Assembly (NCBI GenBank): GCA_002633005.1
Contig: NMRA01000313.1
Coordinates: 310,001-374,000 of the forward strand
Length of the DNA: 64,000 nucleotides
Source of the DNA: Phoronis australis
Taxonomy: Eukaryota > Animalia > Phoronida
Direction of reading: 5' to 3'
Shown: positions 14,928 to 28,059 of the stretch, piece after piece
Layout of the letters: every line of letters starts with the position of its first letter
How positions within the stretch are numbered: position 1 is the stretch's first letter
Program-made: the position numbers and the translations under genes
The notes under the pieces: generated by a model
The model's input: only the letters and a program-made list of their open reading frames with translations
The model's database searches: none
Told to the model about the DNA's origin: nothing

Positions 14928-15347
14928 AAAAACAATGTCCACCTTGATAGGCCCAACAACAAGTAATGATACACAGACACAGTCAGTTACAGAGGAGTAA
15001 CAGTAGACTAGACAAACACTGACAACCTGTGGTGTGCCAGTTGTCTATTGAGACACGGCTTACACCAGCTGACATGTAGAGCCTCACAAATTAGCAGTCA
15101 TTGAAAGAGCATCCTGCTCACAAAAATGATTGGAGCTCTGAAGATGAATATTTATGTGTGAACTTGAGCTGTACAAATAAATATTAATATGTGAACTTCT
15201 GTCACAATTTACCTGTTCCTTGGTTCCGGTTTACGAATGTGCGAATAGTTTCGCCAATATAACTGGAGCCACATCCAGCACAGATAAATTTGTACACTAC
15301 TCTGTACCGTAGACCCATAAGAATTTTGTCCTTAGGGTTTAATACTT

Positions 15348-15389
15348 GCTTCTGTGGATGGTTAAAATAAACGCCGAAACATGTCAAGC
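15348..15389 (+). ncRNA. Minimal hammerhead ribozyme motif (PLE type), copy 2, core mutated
   Basis: GCTT-CTGTGGA-tggttaaaataaacgcc-GAAA-CATGTC-AAGC; palindromic ACATGT stem III with GUC triplet, but core CUGUGGA. Confidence 0.55.
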
Positions 15390-17428
15390 CGGTTTAAATC
15401 CATCGTTGATTTATCAACATATGCTGCTACTTGCTATCATTGAGATTGTACACTTTCGTAAAAAGTTTTGTATTATTTCAGTTTTCTTCGTTCTATAATT
15501 TTTGCCACCCAAACAAACTTGAAAAACATTTGCTGAAGGCGTTTTATTGATAATGTGTGGATGACGATGGCAAGGAGCAAATGAACCATCTTCGGTAACG
15601 AGAGACTTAATTGCTGTAATTCTGCCAAGGGGAGATAATGATCTTCTAGACCAGGTCAATAATTCTCTTTCAATTTCAATAATTCAACTATACAATTTCT
15701 GATGCGTGTAGATCAACGCTTAAGTTAATTCCCAACAAGGTAACAAGTAAAATTATCCAAGAAAATTTATTTATTTAGTAAAAACGGGAATTACTTAACC
15801 TGAAGCTATTGGAACGTGTAGTGGGAAATAGTCTCGAGCCCAAGTTGTTAGTGGCACAGTCGGCTCATAGTCTTGCAAACACTCTGACAGGCTCGAAACT
15901 TCTGCTGAAAAAACGGACGATTAAGCATATTTTGGAGGGCTCTCAGGAGTTCTAATTAAGTGATAAGTGCAAGCATTTATGTATTCGTCTTTGCTCATTT
16001 GCACGCCCATAACAGCCTAATAGATAGCCTAAAGTCTTATAACAACGCGAATTCGTTTGGGATTTGAAAAATGGAACGAAAAAAATCGAACTTTGATTTG
16101 TGGTTCATGTTGATGTAATCTAATCCAACTGTTGTCCTTAAAACGCTCATTCTCTTGCCTGTTTACTATCATCCTGGTGATTTTTGTAAGCTCGATATGT
16201 TTCGTGTGATGACTTTAAATACGTTATTTCCGGACAATTTAATTCCCAATGTACCTTTCTTCGGTGATTTCCCATGTTAAAAACACTGATTTTCGTTCGA
16301 CCACTGAACTTTACATTTCGTTGTAGCTGGTGAAGGATTGTCTGTAAATGGAACTTTTGTTTCCTTTTTTCTTTGACTTCGTTGTCGATTCGATTTGTAG
16401 TCATATTCAAAAAGTTTTTGTATTGACCGTTTTACCGATAGCCAAAATCAATGCGCGCGCATTTCAGAGCATATATTAGTGGGATACCAGTCCTCTGATC
16501 CAGAATTCACAAGGTGTCACGTAGGCGATCCACTGTTCGGTAAGCTGGCAGTTAATTGTGAATAGATGTTAATTATTTACTCCTATTGATGGCATAACCT
16601 GAACCTCTGGCTGCTTGAAATCTTGCTATATTGGAGTGATTCTTACAGATCGCATATTCATGCCTACAGGGGGAGCTGCTCAGAATGACCACTTTTCTAC
16701 AATCTTTTTTGAATCTGACATATTTCCTTACCCGTAAAAAGGTCAAAATATAATAGTACAGTGTGTAACGAACATGACTGACAGTATGCTATATTTGTGT
16801 GGAATATTGACGTCACAAATTCATATATCCTGTGCAGTTACATCTTGGTGTTACATATGTCTGGTCTGTACATGATGACTTGAATTGGTTTAATCGGAAG
16901 ATGAGTTTATAATAGCGTTGTGCTATTTTTCTGTTCTTGCAAAAGGACATGTTCTTCACAAACTCGGAAACTGTTTAATGACTTATGCGCTAAAATTGCT
17001 CTCCTCCAAGTTCCAGAGAACTATTTCTGGAAAACAAAAAGGCATTTAGAGTGTCTGTTACGGTGTAATGTCTTTGAGAAAAACAAGTGCTCAGCCAGTT
17101 CAAACAAGGGCTTATTGTCTCGAGTTGTAAACAAAAAAAGGCCTGGTGTTGTCTCAGTTTGGGTGCTGTTTAGACCTGACAAGCTTACAAGACAATTTGG
17201 CGTTGATTACGCCGAGAGGCCACTTGCCATTGCAATTTCCGATCAACTCAAGTTTGAAACTGGGTGTCATTTTGAACAGACGGGACCCTCCGCCGGAAGG
17301 TCATATTTCGATAGAGGCTGCTACTTATCATCACGTATTCTTGGATAAGAAACGTCGACAATGTCTTAAGACCTAAATCTCGTATTTTCTTTGCAGTTTC
17401 TGAGTTATCATTATGTTTTTCAAGACTA

Positions 17429-17822
17429 GGCCCGGAATCTAGTCTTTGTACTCAAAAATAACTCGAAATTATTTTGGCAATTTCTCTTCTACTTTTGCGT
17501 GAACTCAAGATAAGTGGCTATTAGAGTGCGCTCGAATACATTATAGTTTACACATATGAGTATCTAGTCAAAGTTAGCACTCAATGGCCCTTATATTCGT
17601 GCTACAAACTCGAGTAAAAACTCGAAATTTCGAGTTCAAACTCGAACTTTAACTATAATGTTTATCAACTGCAAACTAGGAATAAAAAAATATCCATGTA
17701 AGCCATCGAGTACTCGAGCATAGAGTAATAGATACTTATCTTGAGTTCGCACAAAAGTAGACTAGAAAATGCCAAACATTTTTCGAGTTCCATTTCGAGT
17801 AAAAATATTAGAACCCGGGACC
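17429..17822. mobile_element. MITE with ~100-bp TIRs (GG..CC ends, PIF/Harbinger-like)
   Basis: ggcccggaatctag..actcgaaa..ttggca..tctacttttgcgtgaactcaagataagt mirrored at the right end; many ACTCGA motifs. Confidence 0.75.
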
Positions 17823-17824
17823 AC

Positions 17825-17975
17825 GGCTTCGTTTCATGAAAGTTTAAGTCTCAAGTTCGATTGGTGGCATGACGTCATCAGTATTGTTCAACAAGCTCAA
17901 CGTGGCTTGTGATGGAATGACAGTATTGTTATTTCGGTCTAAGTTAAAACTAAAATAGTTTCATGGAACGGAGCT
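17825..17975. mobile_element. Short MITE abutting the previous one
   Basis: TIR GGCTTCGTTTCATGAAA ... TTTCATGGAACGGAGCT. Confidence 0.55.
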
Positions 17976-18249
17976 CAGTCGACGGTTAACTGTTTCACAA
18001 ATCCACGTAATCGAATAGATCGCTTGCATATGGCACATATCCTCCTACCGACAGTTTTGTCATTAGCGATGTGCAAATAATTGAGACAAGTTTTTAGCCT
18101 AGTAAGGGACTTGGCGGTTCCTGTGTATTGTGCAACGTCATGTAACTTAGCAACGAAGATTGTCCTTCCAGACTGGTCCTCTCATCACACTAATAGCCTT
18201 TTATTTTAAGTTTCATATTCATATCCTCGTGGTAACAGCGGAGTTTTTT

Positions 18250-19395
18250 TTCACTGGCGTTTCTGATTGGCTGGTCGAATTCTCAATAGCTGGCGCTTTA
18301 CATAAACAAACTGACATGACTGATGAAGGAAGTGCAAATGTGGATATAGTTTGTGGTCTGTTGTATAAGTCGGTTTATAATTCATGTTCAAGAAATGTGA
18401 ATCGGAAAGTAAGTTGTTGTTGAGACTTTTCGGAGTGAAATTTTCTCAACTGTCGCTGACTTTTGTTTACGTTGCTGTCCTGCATTCACTCAACGTGAAT
18501 AACACATCGGTTAAATCGGCCAGATGTGTGCGCATTGTATGTGCTTCTTGCACGCGGCTATTCAACATTACTACAGAAACGAAATATTTGCTGTCACGCC
18601 ATTTGTACGACAAGGCTAAAATAATTCACACTCCGACATTTTTTTTTCTTTGTTGTAAAGTAACCAATGACTGCGGAGATTATATCAACCAGTGATAAAA
18701 CGCGTGCTACTGAATGATACCTTTGTGTGTTCTCTACCCCGTAGCGGACAAGCAGAGAACCAGCGAGGACTTGCACGAAGCCAACTGCGCGTAGAGGCTA
18801 GACCGAGGCTTCAAATAATTCTCGCTGGTTCCCTGCGTGCCGCTAGGTGGTAGCCAGCACGCAGGTATTACGGTAGTTTTCCTCGGGAACTGTTTCACAC
18901 CGGCGTTTCTGATTGGCTGGTCGAATTCTCAACAGGTAGCTCACGCAAACAAACTGACATGACTGATGCACGGAGTGTAAATGTGGTCTGTTGTACAGAC
19001 AAATCGATGCTTAAAATTCGTGTTCAAGAAATGTGAATCCCAGAAATTGTGGTTGCGTCTTTTCGGAGTGCATCTTTCTACTGTCGCTGATTTTTGTTCA
19101 CGTTGCTGTCCTGTATTCATACAGTATGAATAGCACACCGGTTAAATCTGCTAGATTTGTGTTTATTGTACATGTATGTGCTTCAAGCAAGCGGCTATTA
19201 AACATTACTGCAGAAACAAAATACCATAGTTGCTGCTACGCCACTTGTATGACAAGGTTAAAAATAGTTCATAGTCCGCCATTTTCTCACTTTGTTGTAA
19301 AGCTAACCAATGACTGTTGAGGTTAAATGAACCAATGATAAAGCGTGGGATACTGCGTGATACCTGCGTGCCAGCACGCAGGGAACCAGAGAGCA
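18250..19395 (+). repeat. Diverged tandem duplication, ~646-bp period, with a palindromic spacer
   Basis: ggcgtttctgattggctggtcgaattctcaa at 18256 and 18902, colinear similarity for ~470 bp. Confidence 0.9.
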
Positions 19396-22300
19396 AATAA
19401 TTGCATGTCTGCCAATTTGTCACTGTGCTCTAATGTTGTGTACGCGTTAATTTTGTAGAAGACAAGAACTGAATTTTTTAGTTTGAAAATTTAAACGGGT
19501 ATTCAGTAACACCTGACATAGCCGCACACAACCCGCAACAGGCATGTCATTGTGTCTGTGGCTACTCCCACGGAATTGACGAGCACAATCTCAAACTGAA
19601 AAGGTTTAGCTGGATGCTGACTCTCTGCCACTGGCTTCTCGTTTTTCCTTCAAAGAAGCCCAGTATTTAGTTACCCATTATCACGCCTCCCGTGTCTTCA
19701 GCTTTGTGTATAAGACCACAGCAAATGCATAAAACAGTTCCACATTGCAAATCTCGGAATTCCGGTCCTCCACCACTTGGATTTCAAAAAACACATCCCA
19801 GAAAAGACCAGTTAAAGTTATACTTAGCGAAGGATGGGTGGGTGAAGAACGGACAAATTCAAAGACAAAATAAAAATGAAATATGAACTTCATTCCAACC
19901 TTGGTAAAATTATAGAAAAACAAGAAGTGATAACTTGCCTTATTCGACGAGTAGATTTTTTAAAACGTGTCGCAAAAATTAATAAAAAAAATCGACACTC
20001 ACTTTCAAATGAAACGGGGTGTCCTTAGGTGATAGTTATATTACCAAAACTGTGAAAATTTTAGTTTTTTGACATCCGATCATTGTTTCGTAATTTTATT
20101 TTAAAACTACACCAGCCTAAACGGTAATAACTGCAATCAGGAAGACGCCTTCTGAGACATGTAGAAAACATGCACTTGTTTAGATTGTTGAACCTTCCTT
20201 GCTGAAGTTTGTGGTAAAATAATAGATTTCCACCAACTCATAAGTGCACTCCGAAAATTTTGCATCAAATCGTCCAGATTTCGATGTTTTTGTTCAGTGC
20301 TGCTGATTTTTACTTCAATTGATGATAATTACCTGTACCACCTGTAAATAGTACTCAAAGTCGCTTCATTATCGACAAACTCCTACGCTGACTTAACACA
20401 AATCGGCCATCACTAATAAGTGCTTAATTGCACGCCATGTTCTGACAGGAAACAATATGCTTTTAAAAGGTACGTGAAAACGAAAAAACAACTATTTCTA
20501 AATATGATCTTTACATGTGGTGAATATTTTCGAGCACTAATTACCGTATGCGTAACCCTAAGTCGGTTGTATATCCATGGGCGGATTTAGGGGGGTCAGG
20601 GGTGTCATCCTACAGACACGACAAAACAGAAAAATAACGCCGTCGGCATGCTGTTTTTTAGAATCCATACGGGTCTTTTTCCTTCGAAAATCGTCATTGG
20701 GCCCATCCTCCTTACGACATTCTAGATACGCTGGTGATATACACATTTCCCAGTGCGTGTAAAAGTCAACGTTCTAAAGTTGTTTCGCATTTAGAATAGC
20801 TGGCTAAAAATATGACTACTATTTAAACCAATCTCCACCTATTGCTTGAAATTCTAAAATTACGTCTCAAACCTTCTATAAAAAGATAGTGTAAATAAGT
20901 CTCCTTTATTAAAGCGGATATGCTTATAATGAGCATATACTGCACGTGAAATTACGTAGAATGACAGGTTAAAAATATCCTTTCCCACGGGTGATTTGTT
21001 GGTGTTCTCGAGGGTTCTCACGAACTCATATCATCGTATCAACGAATCATACGGTAAAAATAGCTGTGTTATTTATGATAGAAATATGCTTTCACCTGAT
21101 CTACGCAAGCAGTGTGCATAAAGGATTACTTTATTATGCACTGCTGGGTGGGGGGGGGGGTATTTTGGTAGGACTGAAGTCTTGAATCCATTAGCTTCAT
21201 GCGTGCACCCAGCCTAAAAATAGGGGGGCTCGAATTTTTGAGAATGTGTACTTTTTACTAAGATTCACGGGGTAAGTTCAGAGCTATGAATTGTGCATTC
21301 ATCGAGTTGTAGTTTCTTACTTTTTAGTGGAAATGTGTTTCGTTTTTCTTCTACTTCTTCGGAGATTTTTTCTCCGAGGATAACTTTATTACCAGAGCAC
21401 CGTGTTGTTGAGCGTCATGTCTAATTATTTCTCCCAAATTGCGTGAGAGTGATGCGGTGCACCAGAAAGTCACCTGGTTTAACGTCATTGGTCTCTTTTT
21501 GCGAAAACAAAAGCAAAATAAAAACACATTTACGGAAGAAAATCGAAATATTTTTAAGGAAAAACTCCAGCAACTGTTGAAGCGTTGTCTGGGATAAATT
21601 CGTGTAATTCTGTTCAATTTTGCACGTTTTATTCATGCCTCATTGGTGCCGATTATGTGTTTTTGTTCTGGATATTTATAGTTTTTGTTTTGTTACAACT
21701 TCGTGTACTAGGTACTGCTGTTCGACGTTTTGTCCTCGCCAGTATTGAGGTCAGTTTCAAGGTTGACCTTGAGCTGATTTAATTCGTTTGCAAGGATCTT
21801 CGATTGATTATCTCTGATTCATCATAAAGACTGGCCAAGCACCCTTTGTTTGGGCGTATGATTAATTTATCACACGTTAATGATATCTGACTTTTTTCGC
21901 ATTGCGCTTTATATGTTCAGAGTCCACTCATGCGTGACGTTCATTGAACCATTTTGCATCAACTTTAATAGTGCTGGTTATGTATCCGGAAAAAAGAACT
22001 GCGCGTAGTCCTGTGTTACCAATCAACCTCCTTTAGAGCATTCACGAAGCAATTTTTTGAGAACGTACCATGAATAAGCACTGCCGTATTCAATCGGAAG
22101 GTCGGGCAATGAAGAGCACGTATGCGTGTATTTAGGTGCAATCGCCTACATGATCATGCAAAACCCTTGGCAAAATCAAGGAATATTTTTCTAAGTAATG
22201 CGTGTGAGAAGCCACAAAATCACTTGAATTCAAGTTTGCATCAGCTATTAGATGGAAAACAAAGAATGGAAAAAGGCAAAGAAAATGCCCAATTTCAGTT

Positions 22301-22840
22301 AATGCCTGGGATAGTCTCCTGCGTCTACAAGTGAAACAGACGCATGCCCTACATGCGAATCATTTGAGCAAAAACATTTTGTTTATTTAGGATAGAGGTG
22401 CATGGACTTAATTTTGCGCATATGCGATAGGGAATTTACAAAGGCATTTTTGGAAGAGGACAGCCGCTTAGTCAGCCTGCGACGTGGTTGCAGCTCGTTC
22501 CTTACTTTCGTGTATAATTATATTATAAGAAGTGATTTCATGGCTTGGGAAGAGCTGGCAGTGCATTCAAAGCATGCTTGGCGCATAAAATGAGCCGATT
22601 GGACGGAAGATGGACTTGTTGCAGCTTTAAGGTTTTTGAATAAACGCGACGCACTATTAAACATGATCTTCTGTTGAAGTAGTTAATGAAATAAGCTCAA
22701 CCACACGTGACAAACTCAGGGCATTCTTGCTGTGGCACTTTTGAAATGGATTTTTAAAAATCGATTTCAACTCGCCATCGCGATCAAAAGTCGATTATTC
22801 TTATATGCTATTTTTCTCATACATGTAAATGTTCATCCTC

Positions 22841-23194
22841 TAGAAGTGGCGTTAAGCCCGTGTTTTCTGTCAAAAATCAAGATTATAAAGGAGTTGGTTT
22901 CATCTTTTTTTTCACTCAGTTGAGAAGTGATCTCTGATGTCGGGAAAAACTGACAGTTCGCTATATCTTCAGATCAAGCCCATAAAATTTCAGGTCACTA
23001 CGTGACCGGACATTTTATGAGTTTGGTCTGAAGATTTAACGGTCAGTTCTTTGCAAGTCCAGAAATCGCACGTACCTTGTCTAAGGAACACATTGAGAAC
23101 AACATCGCACGTGCCTTGACGAGTATCGTCTGGTAACTGGTCTAAATCAAAACTTGGGTTTTTGACAGAAAGCTCGGCTTTAATACCGCTTTAA
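22841..23194. mobile_element. Palindromic MITE family; related copies ~49236-49530 and ~63055-63335
   Basis: TIR ttaagcccgtgttttctgtcaaaaa / tttttgacagaaagctcggctttaa; central hairpin cagatcaagcccataaaa...ttttatgagtttggtctg; actgacagttcg motif shared with the other copies. Confidence 0.65.
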
Positions 23195-25178
23195 GGATTT
23201 GCGCTTATAAGAAGAGCAAAAAAAGAAATTCTCAGTTAAAGGGCATTTCTTCATGATCACCAACAACCTGGAACGACAATCATACACCAGTGAGATTTCT
23301 TAACACCCTGCACCTTTCTCAAGGCTTTTAATAACATGATAGAAACGATTCCTAGTCCCAAACAAACCGTTCCTATAAATAATTAGGGTAGATCAACCCT
23401 TTCCAAAATTGGTCTGCTTGATATCGATTGATTTTGGTGGTAAAATCAATCTTGACAAGCTAAATTCTGAGTTTTGTTACATGTAATCAGCGGATTTCAT
23501 GATTCCCAAGTTTTGGTCGGCTGTACCGGTAGTAAAAAGGAACTTTTTTTTAAATTCTTGTGTTCCCCTCCACCTTTGCTTTGTTCGATGGTAACGTTTG
23601 TCGCTATACCAGTACTGCAGAGCTGCAGAATTATCCTCCATTTTGTTCTTAACTGTGGCCACGAACATTCTCCGCACTTGTTGGCTACTCTCCTCAGACG
23701 TTCGTGACTGAACGCCCACGCTTGCAAGCAATCACACCTACAATTCTACTTAACCAAAACCACAAGACAAGTCTTTCAAATTGTAATTTTTACCCACGTT
23801 CACAATCGAAATTTCAGTTATTAACGATCATGTTTGTGGTGAAACGCACCTGACCCAGCCCATTAAAATGTTTCCTTTATGGCCGGTAAGTAAACTCACT
23901 GTATCTCGGGAACCCTTAGGACGATCAAATCCACAAAGAGACGCGGTTCAATACACGTGCTTTAAGTTGTAGGAACTACTTGATTAAATTAGTTGCTTCC
24001 TTGGCGTTCGAGAGCAAATATGGATCGCGGAGAGCTGGTAAGAGAATAGCAAGGTCATTGTGATTGTATGAGTAGGAGAATTCTTTTGCAGCATTACGTG
24101 TACTTGCAGATAAACTGTTGTTGGGTGACTATCATCGAAGGAGTGCACTGTTGAAAAATGATGGATATATCGCATCTGTTGAACAGTCTTACTTGACAAA
24201 CTGGACTGGGAATGGACGCTTGGGGAGTTCAGTAGAGTATGACCACTTTTCTGAAATCTCAAGCTCATTCTCAGTGAATCGTCCATTGTCGGATCTCCTC
24301 CTTGCCCTGAATTCAGACGAGTGGAACCAGTGACCTGTTCCTCAACGTTCCTGATGAAGCAAGTGTGATCACTCACTTGCTTCGTTTCTAATGCATGGCT
24401 TAATTTCGCGAAGACTTGCCTTATTTCGCTTTTCTTGCAAGAAACTTGCTCGATGGAAATAAGCTCAGTTTTGTGTACTTGACTTTGAAAGGGCGAGGTT
24501 TTGGGGTACCTGGTAAACTGCCGTAGAGGCCATTTCAAAATCCATTCTTGAGACTCTCATACGTACCCAAATTTCTGGTCACTGCCCCCCCNNNNNCCCC
24601 CCCCCCCCCCCCCTTCCCTGGCAAATCACCAAATCACGCTACGTGAAATAGTCTGGAGCTTCGCGCCGGATTAGGGTCGGAGCCTTACTACCATGCTTTA
24701 GCAAAACGACGACCAGTGCAATCATTGGTCAGTGAGGTTGGAATGTTGAATTGTGAGTGTAATCTGTAAACAAAAACACTATTTCATTTTCCTAAGCCGA
24801 CTTTTCTCTCCGTAAGTGTTCATCGGCCCTGAATTACGGCATCGGTAGGCCTAAGACACAGTCCCATACTCTGGAACATGCGTTTGAACACACTGATAGT
24901 ATGTTTCGAAATCGATTGCTCGTCTCGAGTGTGACAACTGTATTCTTTTGTAATTCAGTCGAGTTACCTTGCGCTCGTTGGTTTACGCTGTGCTATTGCC
25001 ATGCATCAATGGGAGTTCGCGAATTGATATTCTATGTTATTGTCTATAAGGAAGTAGTCGATTACTTCTTCGGTGTGTGAAGTATTTTTGTGTAAATGCA
25101 GTAAATTTTATCAGGCGGTTCCATCGTGATGGTATATGAGAAAGTCATTTATATATGGCTCAAGTTTTGTGAATTAGA

Positions 25179-25932
25179 AAGTGTTTGCAGCAAATAATTC
25201 ATCAAATTCCCATCCTTGGAAGTGACTACATTGCCAGCATCATTAAACCTTCCTGTATAGCACTACATATCACAATCTTGAATTCAAAATCAAAAAAAAA
25301 ACGAGAAAATAGAAGAAAAATGACTTCGACTGAAAATTTCTTGACTCCACGGACATGAGTGTAACGTATGAACGTACCCAGCGCCAGAGTGTCATGTCAA
25401 CCAGCACGCGAGTTTCTTGTACTAACTCGAGCCATCTCTGCGCTTCTCCTATGTCCCGAGAGAAAGTGGAAAGCGTTACAGTGAGGTCAAATACTAATTG
25501 ACCTATCGCAAGCTCCGCCCCCGTGCGAAATGTCGACGAACAAACAATAAGTTTTACCCGGCAACGTGTTGTCTGTTGGGTAAAATGGCGGCTTGGAAAC
25601 GAAGGTGTGTCACGAATGCTGTGTTTTGAATGGTCAATTAAGCCGTCACTCAAAATCCTGGCGACAGGTCAACCACCACAAACGCAACTCCTTGCCATAC
25701 CTTATTGTACCATAAACCACGGGAAAACGAGCACCAATGAATGATGACTAATACTGCGATGGGTTGATCCAATTTTACGTAGTATTTTTCGGCCAATAAA
25801 TGCTTATAACTCGAAATCATTAACATATCGTCAGATAGTGTTTGCGGTTGTACTTATTTGGCAGCTGATCAGCTGGTGTGGTTGTTTTTTTTTGGGGGGG
25901 GTGTTGATATGAAATAGTTGATTTTAAGCACT
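25179..25932 (-). mobile_element. TTAA-flanked (Kolobok-like) MITE, copy 2 (inverted)
   Basis: Ends AAGCACT-TTAA at 25926-25936; shares e.g. aaactcgcgtg..catgac..ctggcgctgggta..gttcatac with copy 1 (both ORF-track peptides contain ETRVLVxMTxWRWVxSY). Confidence 0.75.
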
Positions 25933-26469
25933 TTAAAGTTGTACTGAGCGGTGATTCGGTGGGCCACAAGATGGTAGAGATAAAATGTGAATAAAGCGGT
26001 TTATCACGCCAGAAATGACATCCATGACCTCCATTCCGACTACGGTATAACCATAGAGAGCAAGGTGTTGTCTTGCGTCATTTGTACCTGATTTTGGTAA
26101 CCGTCACACAATGAACTCATAGCGTTCGACACTTGTTCACTGAAACGGTATGTCCATAATACCTACAATTTATGCACGCTCAATATACCCTTAAAAGCAA
26201 AATAAAAAACCCAATTCAGCCTATCAAATTGGACATCAAAGTTATCGTGCTTCGATAGCATCGATTTTATTATTCAGACTTACTTTAAGCCGTCAAACTT
26301 TGGAAGATTCGGATGTTTAGTGATGACGTGTCATGACAGTAGATGACGCAATTTGGACCCGGTAATAAGCGTAGACATGCCGTCACGCTGGATCCAAAAA
26401 CGTTATAAAGACATCAAAATGACGTCATGCTAAACATTCCTATAGTTTTCTGTGCCGGCGTGTTTTAAA

Positions 26470-26911
26470 AGGTTATCAATGCGTTCCAGTCTACTTATCT
26501 GATGTCTATTTTACGTTTTCTACTTCATTTTACATGTCACGGAACATAAATCTATACTTTCAAATACCAAAATCCGAAATATCCGGTATATTGGTGAACT
26601 TTTGAAATCACTGTTTTGTTTCTGTGTTTAGGAAAACACCGCTCCATGACACTGTTGACCTTCTGCACGCGCACGTGTGATCAAACAACACTCAGGGTCA
26701 GAAGGTCGAGTTGAATTGCTTACGCTTGTGGTTAAAAACAAACACATCAAAACTTCGATAGCTGTTTTTTCAACATTTTGTGACGGATTTGTACAGCTTT
26801 CTCGGTAATCTTAAAATGGTAACATAATAATGGTTTTGGGAAGAAATGGAGCGACATTAGCCACTGTTGCAGAAAATATTCATTGTAAGAAATGGAACGC
26901 ATTGGTAGCCT
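26470..26911. mobile_element. TTAA-type MITE with ~19-bp TIRs
   Basis: AGGTTATCAATGCGTTCCA ... TGGAACGCATTGGTAGCCT-TTAA. Confidence 0.65.
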
Positions 26912-28059
26912 TTAATGGTGTATCCCCAGTTCATTTATGTTATTAATTGCCGTGGTTTGGATGTCAGATTTATTGAAGTGCGTCGTATGGTTATCGTATG
27001 TCGGCCTATTAACGAATGTTGAATGTATTAATGATGCATGATAATTATTTATATCTATTCTATTTTGTATTATTTGTAATATTAAGCATATGTAAGGTGG
27101 TCTACATTGAACCTGCGTTTTCCCAAGTTATTTTTTACTTGTAGAGATATTAGAATTTTAAAAAACAACAGTCTGCCTCGTGTGATTACAATATGCTATA
27201 AACATTTGCCCACCTGTGTAAGGTAATCCTGTTGTTATGAAAATACGTTTTATTGTTTCACACTGCAGTAGGCCTACACTTGTGGCATTGGAGGAAATTT
27301 GTCTCCTGCCGGTCTCTGACGTCATCATCTCGGCCGTTCGTGTTTTAATTAGTACCTCGCGCATGTCCACTTATATCTGTAGATGGCACGGCGGGAAATT
27401 GACATTAGAAAGCTTGGACTCGTTCGAGACGTATCGCATCATTCTGCTTGTCTAATTTTGTTTGTCGTTTCCGCCCACTCACGTCACGTCAATGAAAAAC
27501 GAAATACGTTCGGATTATTTCCCATCGTTTAGCGGATATGAACATGTAAGTTCGTCATCTTTTAGCTCTTTGTGGATTAGACGCTTTTGCAAGTAGGGGT
27601 CGAATCAAATCATGTACTGTATCATTCTTTAAATGATTTATCGTTTCTGTTCGCCTGCGCAGTATTCTATTACTTTCTAACAATGGTCATTTATTGTAAG
27701 TTATTTCACTTTCATTTTTCGACTTTTTTGATTGTCCTATTATTGTCACTTGATATAGTCATGGTGTTTCAATCGTCAGATTGTGCTTAAAGCACATATA
27801 GTCTCGAACCCAGACTCTATTAACATATGAGTTATCTGGCATAGGTTTGTTAGGGAGCGTCGATAGCCCCCCCCCCCCCCCCCCCNCACACACACTCTCT
27901 CTCTCTCTCTCTCTCTTTCATGAACTTGGGGCAGCCCCCTCCCCCCACTAAAGCGACTAAAGGGCAGTGGTGGAGGACTGGTCGCATGAGCATTTGTGCA
28001 ATGCCAGATAGAAACCCCTTCGATAGGCCCCTTGTTCTTAAATGTGGTAAAATTGAGCC

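Larger units (their letters stand above)
14854..15419 (-). mobile_element. 5'-truncated Penelope-like retroelement with inverted terminal (pLTR) segments
   Basis: Minus-strand GIY-YIG endonuclease remnants KDKILMGLRYRVVYKFICAGCGSSYIGETIR and LLICEALHVSWCKPCLNRQLAHHRLSVFV* (stop 15008); ~75-bp inverted repeats at 14854-14929 and 15345-15419. Confidence 0.88.

Noticed and set aside
23984-24538. 184-aa minus-strand ORF
   Set aside because: Non-ATG start, no recognisable domain or splice framework; overlaps repeat-like sequence next to an N gap.
24586-24613. Poly-C run as a G-quadruplex or regulatory element
   Set aside because: Contains Ns; homopolymer length is unreliable (likewise ~27867 and ~36748).
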